A stretch of 58,381 bases of DNA, the filler included, from Sphacelaria rigidula (lineage: Eukaryota), in NCBI GenBank assembly GCA_964200075.2. It is 5 parts of 5 records of this genome, joined end to end, with 100 filler letters (N's around TTAATTAATTAA, not from the genome) between each part and the next. Parts side by side here need not be neighbours in the genome. Positions count along the whole stretch, not along the records: positions 11,698 to 23,294 come from CAXNAA020004731.1; positions 23,395 to 34,991 come from CAXNAA020004732.1; 3 more parts are not named here. One strand, given 5' to 3'. The position numbers were made by a program, and so were the translations under genes. Positions 12,491 through 26,229 of this stretch are shown one piece after another. Within the stretch, counting starts at the first letter, position 1, and each line of letters begins with the position of its first letter. The notes beneath the pieces are model-generated. The model made no database searches. It had not been told where the DNA came from and worked only from the letters and a program-made list of their open reading frames with translations.

Positions 12491-15400
12491 CTGCTGTAGC
12501 ACTTGCTGGCTGGACCCGAAAAAAAGCTCGCCCCTTAACTCAACGCACAGGATTTTTTCCCTGTGCACCTGCGAAACAATGGACAGTAACATCGAAATAG
12601 AAAGCAAATCAACAGATGCTGTATGTACATATATATATATTATATATATATATATATATCTTGATTGCAGAACACGTGTACAGCACTGCTTCAGCACAAC
12701 CACACAGACGGCACTCTCGTGGTCGTGCGTGAAACTTGGCGTAAGTTGTACCCCACAAGGCCGAAAAAATCCGGTGCAGGCACAAGATCGCGGAGCGAAT
12801 CCGCTAGGGGAATTCTCAAACGTTTCTACGATATGGCGGCCGGAGCACTTCCCGTCAGCTCGAAAAGCACACCTGCAGCAAGCGGCGCTGTGTAGCCGGT
12901 CGCATGACACGCCCCCTCTTGTGCACCCTCTCCAACGTGTTCCTGCGCATAGAGCATCGAAAACGAGGCGGCATCAGTGGCAGGCTCGGTCGCACAACAG
13001 CAGGAGATCTCAACAGATGTTGGTATAGGCCGACGCCAAAGTTCAGGAGCAAGAGGATCCCAGTATTCAGATGCAGGTTCACTGGATGGAAGATCCTTCG
13101 GTCACAACAACATGTTGATGTTGCTCGGGAGAATGTGTCTTGTCCCGTGCGCTGCGGATGACACTCCGCAACCGCGCAATTTATAGCTACTGGTCTTTTC
13201 GACAAGGTGACGTCTGACCGGGTGGACGTTTTAGCTCTGAATGGCTGTCTCCAGTAATGTTCCAAGTGTATCTCTGACACGTTTTCACGTCGTCAAATCC
13301 AACGGTACTGATTTCAATAAAATAGCGTGATGTTTCTTGTACCAAAAACCACGCAGGAGTAGAAATTGAAAAGAAGAGAGCGCACCTGCTACAGGTCGAA
13401 GGCGAAAAGAGCTCGACCGTTTGGTCGCCAGGGCGGATCATAACGGGTCTTCCATTCGTTTTTCGAGCGAAAGTGGAGGTCGAAGGATTAAACTAACTTG
13501 CACACACTTGAAGCACTATCGGCCGATTCATCGGCTGCCCGCGCTTCCTTCCGGGGCTAAGGTACAACACCGTTTTTCCCAGAGATGAACATGAAGACAA
13601 GACAACTGAAGCTAAACTGTACTGTACACGGGTGTGCCTCGAGTTCCCCACAAGAACGATGGGGGACGGAGCGCGAGTCTCGCACGACGTCAGCAACTTT
13701 CAGTTTTTTCCTGCCTCCTTCATTTTTATTTGATTGATGATTGATTGTCGTACTTCAACTGACCCCCCAGGGGTCCAGCCGTGGTCTCCTGATAGACGTT
13801 CCCAAGAAAAACGAAACTGAAACACACTCTGAAGATAAAAAAAAAACAGGAAAAAGAGAAAAAGTCGAACAGAACGACATAGCAGACCATATTCTGGGCG
13901 AAAAAATGCACGCAGCGCTCCCGGTCACGCATACACAACGGTCGCCCCACCATCCTGCACGAAGTCACAAAGCCATCAGTTCAAAAATGCACGCCCCACA
14001 CGATCGTTATCCACACCCATTCAAGGGAAAGCGCTTATATTTCGCTGAGTCTACTCATGAAATGAACACGAAATACACAGACAGCGGCTGGTTGCCCACC
14101 GGGAGGTTTGCTCACTTTCTCTCAGACGCGTAGCTGATGACGAAAATGACAAGGGAACACGCCACCCCGATCATCAGACCCGGGTTAAGCCCCACGATCT
14201 GGATGGACACGAACTGGCAAACAGACCAAAAGAGAGAAAGGGACAGCACGAAAAAATAAAATTAGCGGCTACAAAACATCAGGTCCGTGCACGATATACA
14301 CGATATACTGGACCTCACGAATCAAACACACAACGTGCCTACAAAAACGTCAGAGTTGAACGAATAGAAAATGTACAGGTATTCACGTTGGTGCGAGAAA
14401 AGAAGTAAGTCGGCCCCTAGTGTGGGCAGCAGTATGGCAAGCTGAGTTCTGAGTCATTTTCCACGCCCCCCGAAATTTGGTAGCCAATTATACGATCGCT
14501 CATGATCCCGCCCGTGTTTTACGTCACCATGAGTGTGGTGCCTCGTCTGTGAAAGGCAAACAGCCAATATGCACGGTCGGTGTAAGAATAGGAGAGCTCT
14601 CTCATGGATAGCAGTCATAGCTTGGTAGCAAACTCAACGATTCAGCAGACATCACTTGCTTGGATGGTACCGTTCGCTGAATGAATCTAGCATAGCAACG
14701 CGTCATTATGCATGGGTAATGGTAATGGTCAAACATGCTACCTCTCATATAAATATAAGCACGGAACATGAGTCCATCCGAACGGGGGTTGGTATCTTTA
14801 CACTCCAGGATAAAGCAGCATACCACAAACAGGTAGTGTCCAACTCCTGCACTTTTGCAACAGGAAATCAATTCGTCATTATATCTGGTTGGTCATCATG
14901 AAAATCCTTCAGCAGTCAGGTACATCCCATACCACGATGCCGCCGGTCTCACCGTACTGAGCAGCACCAGGTACTCGTGTCGTAGTAGCTTTTCCTGGAC
15001 TTCCCACAGCCATTCCACCGATAAATCAACCGCTGCCAAAGCGGAAAACACACACGCACGAAGACAGTATCGCGGGGATAGCATATCGTCGTAATATTGT
15101 ACCGGAGTAGGGCTAGAGATATGCAGTATCATACCGTGACCACGGTTAGCTACATAGTATTGTTGCTCGGCATGCCCTGTCGCTACACCTTCCACCGTGA
15201 TCCACTTCATGACCCGCCGTATTACGCAAATTGATTGATGGATTGATTGTCGCACTTCAAGTGACCCACCATGGATCCAGCCCTGGTCACATGATGAGAC
15301 GCCGAAACATGTAACGGTGCCTAGGGTAGGGTATGTACCCTGAAGTTCACTCGGTATTCAGGGTACTTGTGATCAAGGGTTCGTGAGATCGGGCTAATTT

Positions 15401-18400
15401 GCGGAAATGACAGAAAAAAAATGGCGTACCCAATACTCTAGGGTACGGAGGGTATCAACTGCCGAAGCTAGCGAGAATCCCGCTTACCCGGAGTATCGAC
15501 GGACAAAATATTCGGTATACCAGAGCACCCACGGTATTTTGTACCCTACTCTTCCTCAAACCTTATGGGACCGGACCCCGCTGCTCAAGGGTGTGAACCG
15601 TCGACTGCGAGCGGTGGTTCGTTTGTGAATCTATATCGTGTTCAGCCATTTCGAAGTAAAATGATGTCAATTTACGACGGGCCCCCACCCCTGGTTGGTG
15701 GTGGTCCGGTTCCGAAAGGGTTGAGCAACTTCGGGATGTTTGGATAGGAGAGAAGAAACAGGGCAGTTGTCCGCGACGAACACTTCACCCGAACTAGGGG
15801 CACCAGGAGAGAGAACGGGCTACTGAAAGAAGGAAAAAAAAAAGCCTGCGGTGACTTTCGCTTCAATTAGAATGCTTACTCCACCATGAGCAGCACGCTA
15901 TTGAACACCGTAGGTTGCATAAGATATCACACTGGTGTGGTAACATTTCGGTCTTGAAAAGTTCATCACACTGGTGTGATATTGTGTATGTGGTATGATA
16001 CCTTCCGTCACCTTGATCCATGTTTTTTGAAAAAAAAAGTAGCATTCGATATGAGCAGAAATAGCACACGGGTGTAGTATCGTGTGATTTTCCGAAGGGG
16101 GTGTGATATCTTGTGAAGGTGTGATATCTTCTGCAACGTGCGGTACAATGCGTTGGGAAGTATTACTAGCAGATACTTACCGATCCCCCTGCGCGTCACG
16201 AATCAAAACATTGCACGAAGACATTTCAGGGTCCATCAAGGGGGCGCATCGACTCTCAATACTCACTACCGTATACCGTGGGGGCTGTGTACACAGAGTA
16301 ATAGCTCCAGGCCGCATGCTATTCGACCTTCATGCACCCGAGAGAAGTAGAAATCACGGTCCAAAATATCTCACGTGTTGAAAAAATCTTTCATTTAGGT
16401 ACCCGCTTACGGGCGATGGCATCGCCACTGCAGTTGATTCTGGAAAAGACTGGGCTTGTTAAACTGCATCATTCGGGGGGGGGGGGGGGGGGGGCACACA
16501 TTTTTTTCTTTTTTTTAGTATTTTGCACTTTACACTTGGGGGGGGGGGGGGGAAAAAAAAAAAAAACANNNNNNNNNNGCGTGAGCGAGGGTCCGGCGCC
16601 GTTGGGAGCGCCGGGTTGGGCGGCAGCGTACTCATTTGTTGCTTGCCTTAGTCATTTGACCATTGACCATTCGGGGGGAGGGGGATGAAAAAGGAAAATC
16701 CACATGGCACATTTTCCTGCAGTATATGCAAGTGCGCACGGTGATCAGCCTCACCTATGAACGTCAGCGCAGCGGCGAAGAACGACAAAGGAACGTAAGC
16801 CATAGGGTCGATGGTAACCAGGCACACCGCCAATTCCGCAAACGTCACCACCCATCCTACCAGCCTCGACGTGCACCCCGTTCGTCGCGTGAATAGTGTC
16901 TGAGAAAATATGTAACTGTCCGATATGACGGTGGGGATGGCGCGAGGGGGGTGGTCGAGACGGTGAGCAGGTATCGCGCATACAGAGCTAAAACATAGTA
17001 TGACATGTCTTTGGCGCCTTTTTGAGTCGACACACTACACAACTGCGTGATCACCGACGAGAGCTACCCGACTGATATATGTTACCTGGGACCCGGCACG
17101 TGGGCAAACGCTTCGATGTACAGACAAAAGGCGAGGCGAGACATCAAGGCAAGATGATTGCGCGACGGCCGCAAAACAATCAGTGTCATCAAAGGCAACA
17201 TCGATAGCGACCTTGATCATCCCCGATAAAACGCAAAACAACACAGAGCGAGTGCTACTGCAGCGCCTCAAATCCCAAGGTGCCTACAACTACTCTAACT
17301 AGCAAAAGGTAAAAAAACTGTCAGTACTGCCGGTGACGTTGGGAGTAAGGTTTACCTCGATACGGCAGATGGCACGGGGCTAAGGGGTAAGAGGAACAAG
17401 GTACGAAGTTGGCAAATGGGCAAAGGTCTATCGTTGCAGGCACACAAACACACCTTCCAGCGAAGCCCCCTGTCAGGCCGCTCACCACATTCGACCATCC
17501 CACCGTGCCGAGCTCCTTGTTTGTGTCCAGAGGCTCACCCATGTCTGCTCGATCATCATCACATCAGTCGAGAGCAAGATGAGCACCAAGACTTGCCTGT
17601 CGAGGTCAGCCACCCTTGCACAGTCGTCATGCATTTCAAGCGGCGAAAAATACCGCGCGCTTATCGGTGTCACCATTTCGCAAGCATTGGGAAAGTGCTG
17701 GGAATCAACGAACTCCAGAGTGTTGGATACCCGCGTTCGTGCTTCTTTAACCGTCCCGCCTCAACCAATCACGGAGCGACGTAATTCTTCTCACCGATTT
17801 CGATGGCGGCCACGTCTAAGCTGGAACTGAACACCACAACGAAGACCATCCCCACCCACACGGGTAGCAGGGGCGGCAAGGCTGACCAGTCCACGAGCTC
17901 CATCCGGAACAGGTCGAAACACGACGAAATTTGTGCCGGTTCGCTGATCTCACCGATCAGTCCGTAATCCCTCGCCGCCTGACGACGCAAATAGATAGGC
18001 GAAGATACCGATAAATGTAGCTTAACATTAAGGGTGCGCATTGACTGTAGGCATCGGATTCCGGTACATTCGTGACCACCCTCGAACTTTTCCACTCCAT
18101 GTCAAGGCTGGTCGTACAGCAAGTAGGATTATATTATCACCACTGCTCCAGCTGTCCGTTACTGTGACCTTATCGTGCGCTCCTCGTGTTTCACGAATCT
18201 CCGTGTGGTAGGTGAGCCCCGTGTAAGGTGAAGTTCCTCGACAACATAAGGATACTGCTCCCGTATGAGATGCTCGTTTGGGATTTTGCGAGTGTGGCGT
18301 CTTAGTTGGAGGTCACCTACTGTACCTTGAAGGGGCCAGCAGACCCTGCGAGACCGTGCGGCTGTACAGCACAGAGGAGCTTCGAGGAGATGCGGTGATG

Positions 18401-18957
18401 GTGGCGACGGTGGCCAGCAACTATTACACTAGCGTTGGCAGGATTTGGCCGAAGATTGCCAGGAGCCGTTGTGGCAAAATTCGACCGAAAAACGTGCGGT
18501 GACGAGGAAGACATGCTATCCTAGCGACTGTTTGCTCTGCAGCATGTATAATACTCTACGCCCCTCTATCTCGTGAAGTAATCATCGCTGTAACATGACT
18601 CAAGCGACATCGGATATGAAAACATCCGGTCAATCAAGTCATATTCCGCAGGTGGCAACGCGAACAAGAGTACGTGAATAACATTAAATAATGACGCTAA
18701 AACCACACAGCAAAACATATCTAAGAATTGATCCAGAACTCTCACCTGCATGTCTCTCCCGGACATTCCCAAGCCGACGAAAAACACAATCGGAACAGCC
18801 AGCATCGTGAGCGGCAAAACGGCGAAGTGCTGATACCGACGCCCCACCCAGCTCCAAAGCACGCCGAAGGCGACGCACGGTACACACAGAATGATGTCCC
18901 TGCCGAGTGCAACACCGTCCGAGGAGATTTCACGTGCTTGCTAATGGGTAAGAGTCG

Positions 18958-18997
<40 letters not shown>

Positions 18998-21900
18998 ATC
19001 CGCGATACATTCGAGCTCTGTAGTCCTACCCAAAGCTTTGTCACACACCCCAACACCATGTCGTTTGCGAGGCAAGAAGAACTCAAAATCCCCAACATTC
19101 GTGCAGCACAACGTGTAAACACAGCCATCATTATATGTGGCACCCGCACAGGCATATCCCTTCGAGGGTGCGTATGGTATCGAAGACGCCGGAAGTATTG
19201 GTTTGCGAGAGCGGAACGGCCGGACATGGCACGCTTCATACTCCGTGCCAAACGCGTGACGCTCTTTGTACAGGAAGAAGTCACGAGTCACCGCAAGGTA
19301 CAACTTCGCCGCAAACGGCAACCTCTTCTTCGTACGAGCCCCACAGCACCATCAGCTCCATCAAGACTGGCGTGTACAAAGCTTCCGCACCAACCCCACT
19401 CCACCCTTTTTAAAAAGGATGATCACAAGGCAACATATTCTTCATATATCGCAGAGGTAGGACAAAATAAACCTTCTCTTTGTGCGTGTCTACTGCAAAA
19501 CACGCCATGTCCGACTTTAATCGACGCTCTACAAACACGTTCAGATCTGAATGGAACCCCTTCCAACATTCCGACAACTCGCTTCACACTGAAATGGTTA
19601 TTTCTGTTTCGGCCTCTCGTTCGTGTCGTATATCGGCGGGGCACCTTTGATTCAGCAGTTGTCCCCACGTGTTGAGTCCCTGAATATCCTTGCCGCTGGC
19701 AATCGCCAACCCCGCCTCCAGACAAAAAAGACCGATGAAGGCCAGGTATCCTCCGACCTGTGGAACAAGACCACCGAAAATATGTGGGACAAGACCACTC
19801 GACATAGGTCAAAAACACGCGTGCGTAGGGTCGCATCCAGAAGGTGACATGGCACGACCCTAACCAAAAATGGGATGGAGTGAAGCGGAGGGCGTCCAAC
19901 CAGCGATCAGACGTGAGCGCGAGGTTAACATGAAGCGGCACGACCCTTGTCAATAAAGTTGCCAAGAGGCAGAGCATCATGCTACAAACAACGGGTCAGA
20001 GCGAAGAGGTATCCCCTTCACCACTAGACGATATGCCGATTCCGAGATCGGAGGCACATAACCTGTAGCTTTGCCTAGGCACATCGTGCACTGCCGAACA
20101 GCATTAGATATCTTGACGGAAAAAAGCCAGCATTTCTCCCAGCATAATCCAGTGCGACATAGTACTGTGAAATAGGACATACCGCACAACCGGAAAGGAA
20201 AGATTTGTAGGTCTACTCGCCTCGCCTCGGGTCCCGATAGCAGCCAAGAGTTTGCAACACTAGTGCAACAGTTTGGCAAATTCTGGCTATTAGATTATGA
20301 CTGAACAACGACCTCGAGTATCAGGCGTTCACATGGCTGCTGCTGTCATTGTTTACTCTCAAGAGTGAACTCTGGCGAGACTGCAATGTCACGGTGCGTC
20401 TGGGGAATCAATCGAGACACAACAGGACACAACGGCGCCTCACCACGGGCATAGGCAAGTAAGCCACGAATCTCGCCAGCTTCAACTTCCCCACAATGGC
20501 GAGGGACACTCCCAGCATGGCAGTACCCAGAGCGGTGGTGACCAAGGCCGTCGCCATCGCCTCATCCGCCGTCTTGCCCTCTGATATTGCACGGTTGGCC
20601 ACGGCCGCAGTCATTCTAGATAAAAATATCAGTCCCGCGTCCTAGCATAGATTGGCCGATTATATCAGAGAGACAGCGAAGTACAGAGAATTTGTGAATT
20701 TGAAAAATAAGCTGATGAAGTATTTTACGCAAACTTGAGCACGTACCTCGTGTACACGAGGACCCCTAATCATTACACTGATTTCTCGCCATTTTAATTT
20801 CCTACATTTGATACCATCGTATATTGTGAAGCAGTGGCGCTCACATCATAATGGGCGGCAGTTCACCATCTCAGTACAACCACACTATGACGGGAGCCTG
20901 CCTGTCCTGCCTTCGTACAATGAGTTCAAATCCTGCCGGAAGGTAGTATTGGATGAGACGCGTGGCAGGCAATTTTGACCGCACCCATGTCGCTACCTCC
21001 AAATGTACGCAACACAAGCTAGACACGATTTGTTTTCTCCTTTCGACGGACCCTTACGAACGACCATAAGTTGCTGTCAGTGTTGTTGTTGTCACCCACG
21101 CTTTCTTGCACAGTTCATGCAGTCTCTACTACAATATTCTCAATCGCGTCCCAAGCACAGCCCGTAGGAGGATACGCACAACGACATCTGACCTGAACTT
21201 GACCGATGGCGAAGGGCAGAGTACTCAGGAGCGAAAACATAATCTGGTGGACCATGCTGTCGCCGCGTAGACGGGGTCATGTTCAGTGAGGAGGAAGACG
21301 AGACGGCCAGCCATCATCAGGCACAAGCAGAGAGGTGGCGCATGGCCGTGAGGCAAGGCTCATGTTGGGGCGTATATGTTTCCGTTACGTAGTAATAGTT
21401 TCGTGAACTCTAAGTGGTCCTAGCTGTGTAGTTGAAGGAAGGTGTCAACATGAGCATCGTCGTCACATCCCAATTCTTGCCTAAGGATTGGGTATCATGG
21501 CGAACTTGCGATTCTCAGTACCGTAATACTTCCTTCACTTAGAGGAAGATGAGGGGACGTTCGCGAAGATCACTTCAACGGTTGGTGTTGCATGGACCGC
21601 GATGGGGTACCACCGCACACCGGCATAGAGCCCGTTTCGATCCTATCAGCCGCAACGCGCCTTTCAATCCGGTACTTTACGCTTGGCACGCCCTTCCAAG
21701 CGACCCCACAAGCTAAAGAATGTTCTCGTAACCTGGACACATACTACCGTACGATCAGCTGCTTGTTGTAAGGAATACGAACACATCCACCTCTGCAGAG
21801 TCCCCGGAGATGATCCGACATGTACTTCGAGCACCTACAGAAGCGAAAAACGATGATAGCTGTCTCCTGGAGGCAAAGCGAGAATTATTGGTCAGCGTCG

Positions 21901-22143
21901 TGGTAGTGTTGGTGTGGCCAGCAAGGGGTTGAGTAGACATTGCTACACATAGAAGCGGAAACCCTAACATCACTGTACGACACACGCACACACGATAGGC
22001 ATTGCACCGCAGAGGGCTGCCGATACGGGGGTTGCCAATTTGAGAACCAACAACAAAAATAATCCGAAAACCCGGTAAGTAGATACCTGCTGAACATCAC
22101 CAACTTGGCCAACGCCGGCATGAAGGGCGCATACATGGGATGC
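12491..22143 (-). CDS. SulP/SLC26-family sulfate/anion transporter with start of STAS domain (12 exons, partial)
   Basis: Phase-compatible GT-AG exons in transcript order: 22143-22087, 21256-21193, 20641-20444, 19757-19645, 18899-18746, 17978-17795, 17544-17454, 16915-16755, 15032-14953, 14213-14116, 12942-12873, 12568-12491. The spliced protein has the family motifs STLPFAIGQVQDAGLIFL, LARFVAYLPMPVVGGYLAFIG, SSSLDVAAIE, LDTNKELGTVGWSNVVSGLTGGFAGSYIFSQT and ELRGELFFGSS. Confidence 0.92.
13728..13805 (-). mobile_element. Retroposon/SINE 3'-end fragment with (TCAA)n tail
   Basis: Similar ~75-bp segments at 15229-15302 (same orientation) and ~46870-46943 (opposite orientation), each ending in ATCAATCAATCAA-type repeats. 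Confidence 0.6.
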
Positions 22144-23191
22144 CTGCACATCGCACGCGCACGAAGTATCGAACGGAAACGCAGAGCAGTCGAGGTCGTT
22201 CAGGAGAAATCAATGATACGACAGGGGACGGGTATTTAGACCAACGCCACGGTACGTATCGTCATTCACAGCCCATGCAAATGCGCAGTGGGCGAGAGGG
22301 AGCCGACACTACTCAACTACTCGACGAATTAGGTTGGCCAAAGGCGTGGCCATCATCTCTCCCACCGTTTGTCTGCAGTGAGCAGGGTATGCATGGATTG
22401 ACACTTGGGTAGGCGGTACAGCATATCCGGGCTATGTGTTGATAATGCAGTACAGTCAGTCAACGGCAGTAGATAAGAATGCCCATTCTGGTGTGAAAAA
22501 CATGGCATGCGCTTCGATATAACTCAGCACCCAAGAAATGAACGCGCTCATAGTACAACAACTGCGCGACATCCCAGCGACTTATATTACCAATATCGGT
22601 AAAAAAGAGTCCTTAGAATACGGGTGAATCTTTCGTGGGGTAGAGACATCATATCTATTCGACCTGTGCTGAAGCCGTGCTCCCCTCACTGCCCAAAACA
22701 ATTCTCGAGGGGGCTGGAGAAATATTGCCATCATGTGCTAGTGATGGCACCAAACCGGAATCAAGTTTCTTCTGATACGCACTGGTCATACTCGACCGTT
22801 TGTTCGCTCCACCTCGCAAGACTACCCGTGTACTGGCTGGACTCCACCTGATCTTGGCGTCTAAAGGCAAAGCTTCTCGACACCAGGCGCTGAATAAAAA
22901 CACTCAGCAGCACGCTAAAGGCAAACCATCGTCTTCCACAGCTCGGTAAAATCAAGCGAGTGTGATCCAGGGCCGTATGAATAGAACTTGGTCCCTTGGA
23001 CGAGTGGGTATCGCGAAACTCGCGGAGTTCGATGCCAATGAATCCTGGGGCTCGTGCTGCGTGCAATATTTGTAGTTTGACGTGTCGTAGTTTGAGGTGT
23101 CCACGTCATTCCTGCAGGCCAAAATACTATCATTTCGCGTTCAACACCCTCTCTGTACCTACTGCGTCCGGGCTACGTTCGACTGTTATGC

Positions 23192-23294
<103 letters not shown>

Positions 23295-26229
23295 NNNNNN
23301 NNNNNNNNNNNNNNNNNNNNNNNNNNNNNNNNNNNNNNTTAATTAATTAANNNNNNNNNNNNNNNNNNNNNNNNNNNNNNNNNNNNNNNNNNNNTCGCCC
23401 GTAGTCGGACCCTGTGTTCGTTTCTATTTGTCGCGCGTCGAGTTGAAAAAAACCGAGTGCCACCCCCTGAAGTCCGAATGGCCACCTGCGGCACCGGATC
23501 TGCTGAGGTTAGCCATATATATGTACTCCCTTCCTTCTTTATTATTTATTCCTGTTTAGCTTGTATCGCGTTTTGTGAGTTTTAATTTCGGTCTATTTTG
23601 TTTTTCTTGGTTTTTTGCTAGCCTGTGGTCACGGAAGGCGTCCGCATCAGATGCCCAGTACGAGATGTCGGAACGGTTTTTTAATATGAAGACAACAACA
23701 ACAACAACAACAACAAGAGGCGTGTGGACATACACTCGATCGTAATCAGTGTGTCGGATCTCCATTCAGCTAAAGCTGTTGATAATTATTCATCCTTTAG
23801 CCCATGTGCATGGATCGGGGGGCAAAAGGATTAATCTTTTTCAACATTTTTTTCTGCTTGTGGGATCCCATATGCTGATAACGGTGCAGTATGCGGAATT
23901 TGCCCAGCAGCTGACGCTGTTCGCAATAAATCTCTTTAACCCCAAACTCCGGATGAATTTGAGTGCAGAGTGAAGATTCATTTCGAGCTTCTTCTGCTGT
24001 TCAAATTTCAAATCTGCCGGTGTGCATGGGATTTGCGCAGCAGAAGAAGCTGTTCGAAAGAGATCCCTTTTTCGCTCATTTCAAAAATGGGCGAAAAAAA
24101 GATCGATTTTGAACAGCTTATTTTGTTGTTCGAAATATATCCTTTTTTTGCCGAAATAAATTGGGCGAAAACTGGATCTGTTTTGAATAGTTTCTCCTAC
24201 TGTCCGAGATAAATTACCTTTTGCCCGATTCTATCGGGTGAAGAGGAATTTACCTCGGACAGGTGGACAAGCTATTGAAAATATATAAATTTACAGATTT
24301 TCTATCAAAATATTTGGAATTTTCAAAAACAAAAGTGTTTTTTTTTTACTAAAACACTACCACATGACTGTGCAGGGCTTTGCCGACAAGCCTACATAGG
24401 GCTGTAAACCCAACCCTGGGGAAAACCCTATCAAAACGCTACGAGGGGTACAGGTTTGGATTTTCGCTGTCAGGGTTTTTTCACAAAGACTGTGGAGGAC
24501 CCTGCACGGACCCTGCACAGTGCGCCCCACAGGGTGCTATCTGTCCACGGGTGATGTCCAGAACGCTGCTGTACCTTATTGACACTAGTCCCTTCAAATA
24601 GCATAACAAAGGCATACCAAGCACAATAACATCGGCATAGCACATACCCCCAAATCGTTCGGGAAATACCAGACGTGCTGGGACGTGCATATTTTCGAAC
24701 AAATGAGCTGGACCGTGGAGTAGGTGCGAGTGGGTGCCAGAAATAAGTGAAATGCGCATTGGTTGTGATCTGCGAATGCTGTATATCTGTAATAAGTAAT
24801 CGGCAATGACCCGCTCATGCGGCACAGCCAGCTACCTGACGCTTTACAGTATGTCTCTCATCACATGGACGGAGCCGCACGAGCGAATGTAGAAAGCCTG
24901 CGATGGTGCGGAATACTGTACAAGCAGAAAAGCAGCAGCCGCCAACAGTACAGCAAGATTGGCCGACGGAGTTCAACGTTGTTTTGATTCAGGACCAATC
25001 GAGTGCTCTTGTAGTGCTAGGCCCTGACTTCTAAGACACACCGAAGGCGCGCCTGAGTCAAATGAACGAGGGCCCGCAGCAGGCGAAAAAAATGGGGGTC
25101 AGGCAAAATTTAGGGCAACGCCTTAGGCCCGATTTCATGCCTTAGATGCCTTAAATGCACGAGGCACGATGCCTTAGATTTGCCTTAGATTTTGCGTTAG
25201 TTCCGTTTTGCTCTTTGTTCTGTAGCCAAAATATACCAAGGCGTATAGTAAATCTAGCATGTAGGATCCTGGATGATGACCAGGGGACAAGGGCATCCTG
25301 TGGATGACGACCCTTGCTGTGTAGCCCATGCCTGACGGTTCGGGCTACAGCTGTTTAGACCCACTTTCATGGCAAAATCGGGAGGACTCAACTTCGTGAA
25401 CTCAAAATCGGGGGGACCGTTTTATGGCACAGACGGTACAGTATCACAGATTTGTGAAACGGTTTTGTACACAGACGGTCATTTTTTTGCACGAGTGTGG
25501 TACTGCGTACTCGTGCATGACGCCGAAGAGCAGGCAGGCGGTAAACAATCCTTTGAGTACAGTGTCGTACCTTGATACCCTAAGGTAATACAGTGCAGGA
25601 CACTTCATCAGTGCAGTTCATGATAATGCCTTGTGGTAGTACATGATGGCACAGTCGGTATTGCGGGAATAGAGAACCAATAGTGCGCGAGCAGAGTTCA
25701 ATAGTGCAGTGCCGCACATCACCCCTCAAGCACAGCGACAACAGCTAGGAGAGTACAGTAGCGTTCGTTATAGTGATACATATGGCAGCGCAGTGCGGTA
25801 TAAAATATTACTATCGCCGTAGGGTATGACGTCAGCACTCACCATCCGCTTGTCAAACCCCGTGCGAAGTTGCTTTAGCAGCTGGGGGCGGCATCATGCA
25901 TGCCCTGTGCTGTCACGAGACTGTCTCCTGCTGCCGTTGCAAAAATATCAAACGCCTCGTACTCTAGCAATGTAGGTCAATGCACGTACGTCACCTCAAA
26001 CAAATCGGGGGAAGTCACGATCTCGGAACGTCTCCCCACGATTTTTTCGAAAAACCCCCCCATTTTGTTTTGGGGGGGGGGAACGTTCCGAGATCGTGAC
26101 CCCCTGATTTTTTCGCCCCCGATTTGGTCCAATCGGTGTCCATAAAGTGCGTTCCCCGATTTCTTGTCCCCCCGATTTTGAAAAAACCGAGATTTGTGCC
26201 TGCCATAAAAGGTGGGGTCTTACTCCATG

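Noticed and set aside
16470..16580. Paired G runs beside a short N gap
   Set aside because: Low-quality homopolymer sequence at a contig edge.
18728..19675. 315-aa plus-strand ORF
   Set aside because: Antisense to SulP exons and an intron, runs through a (GT)n microsatellite and shows no recognisable domain.
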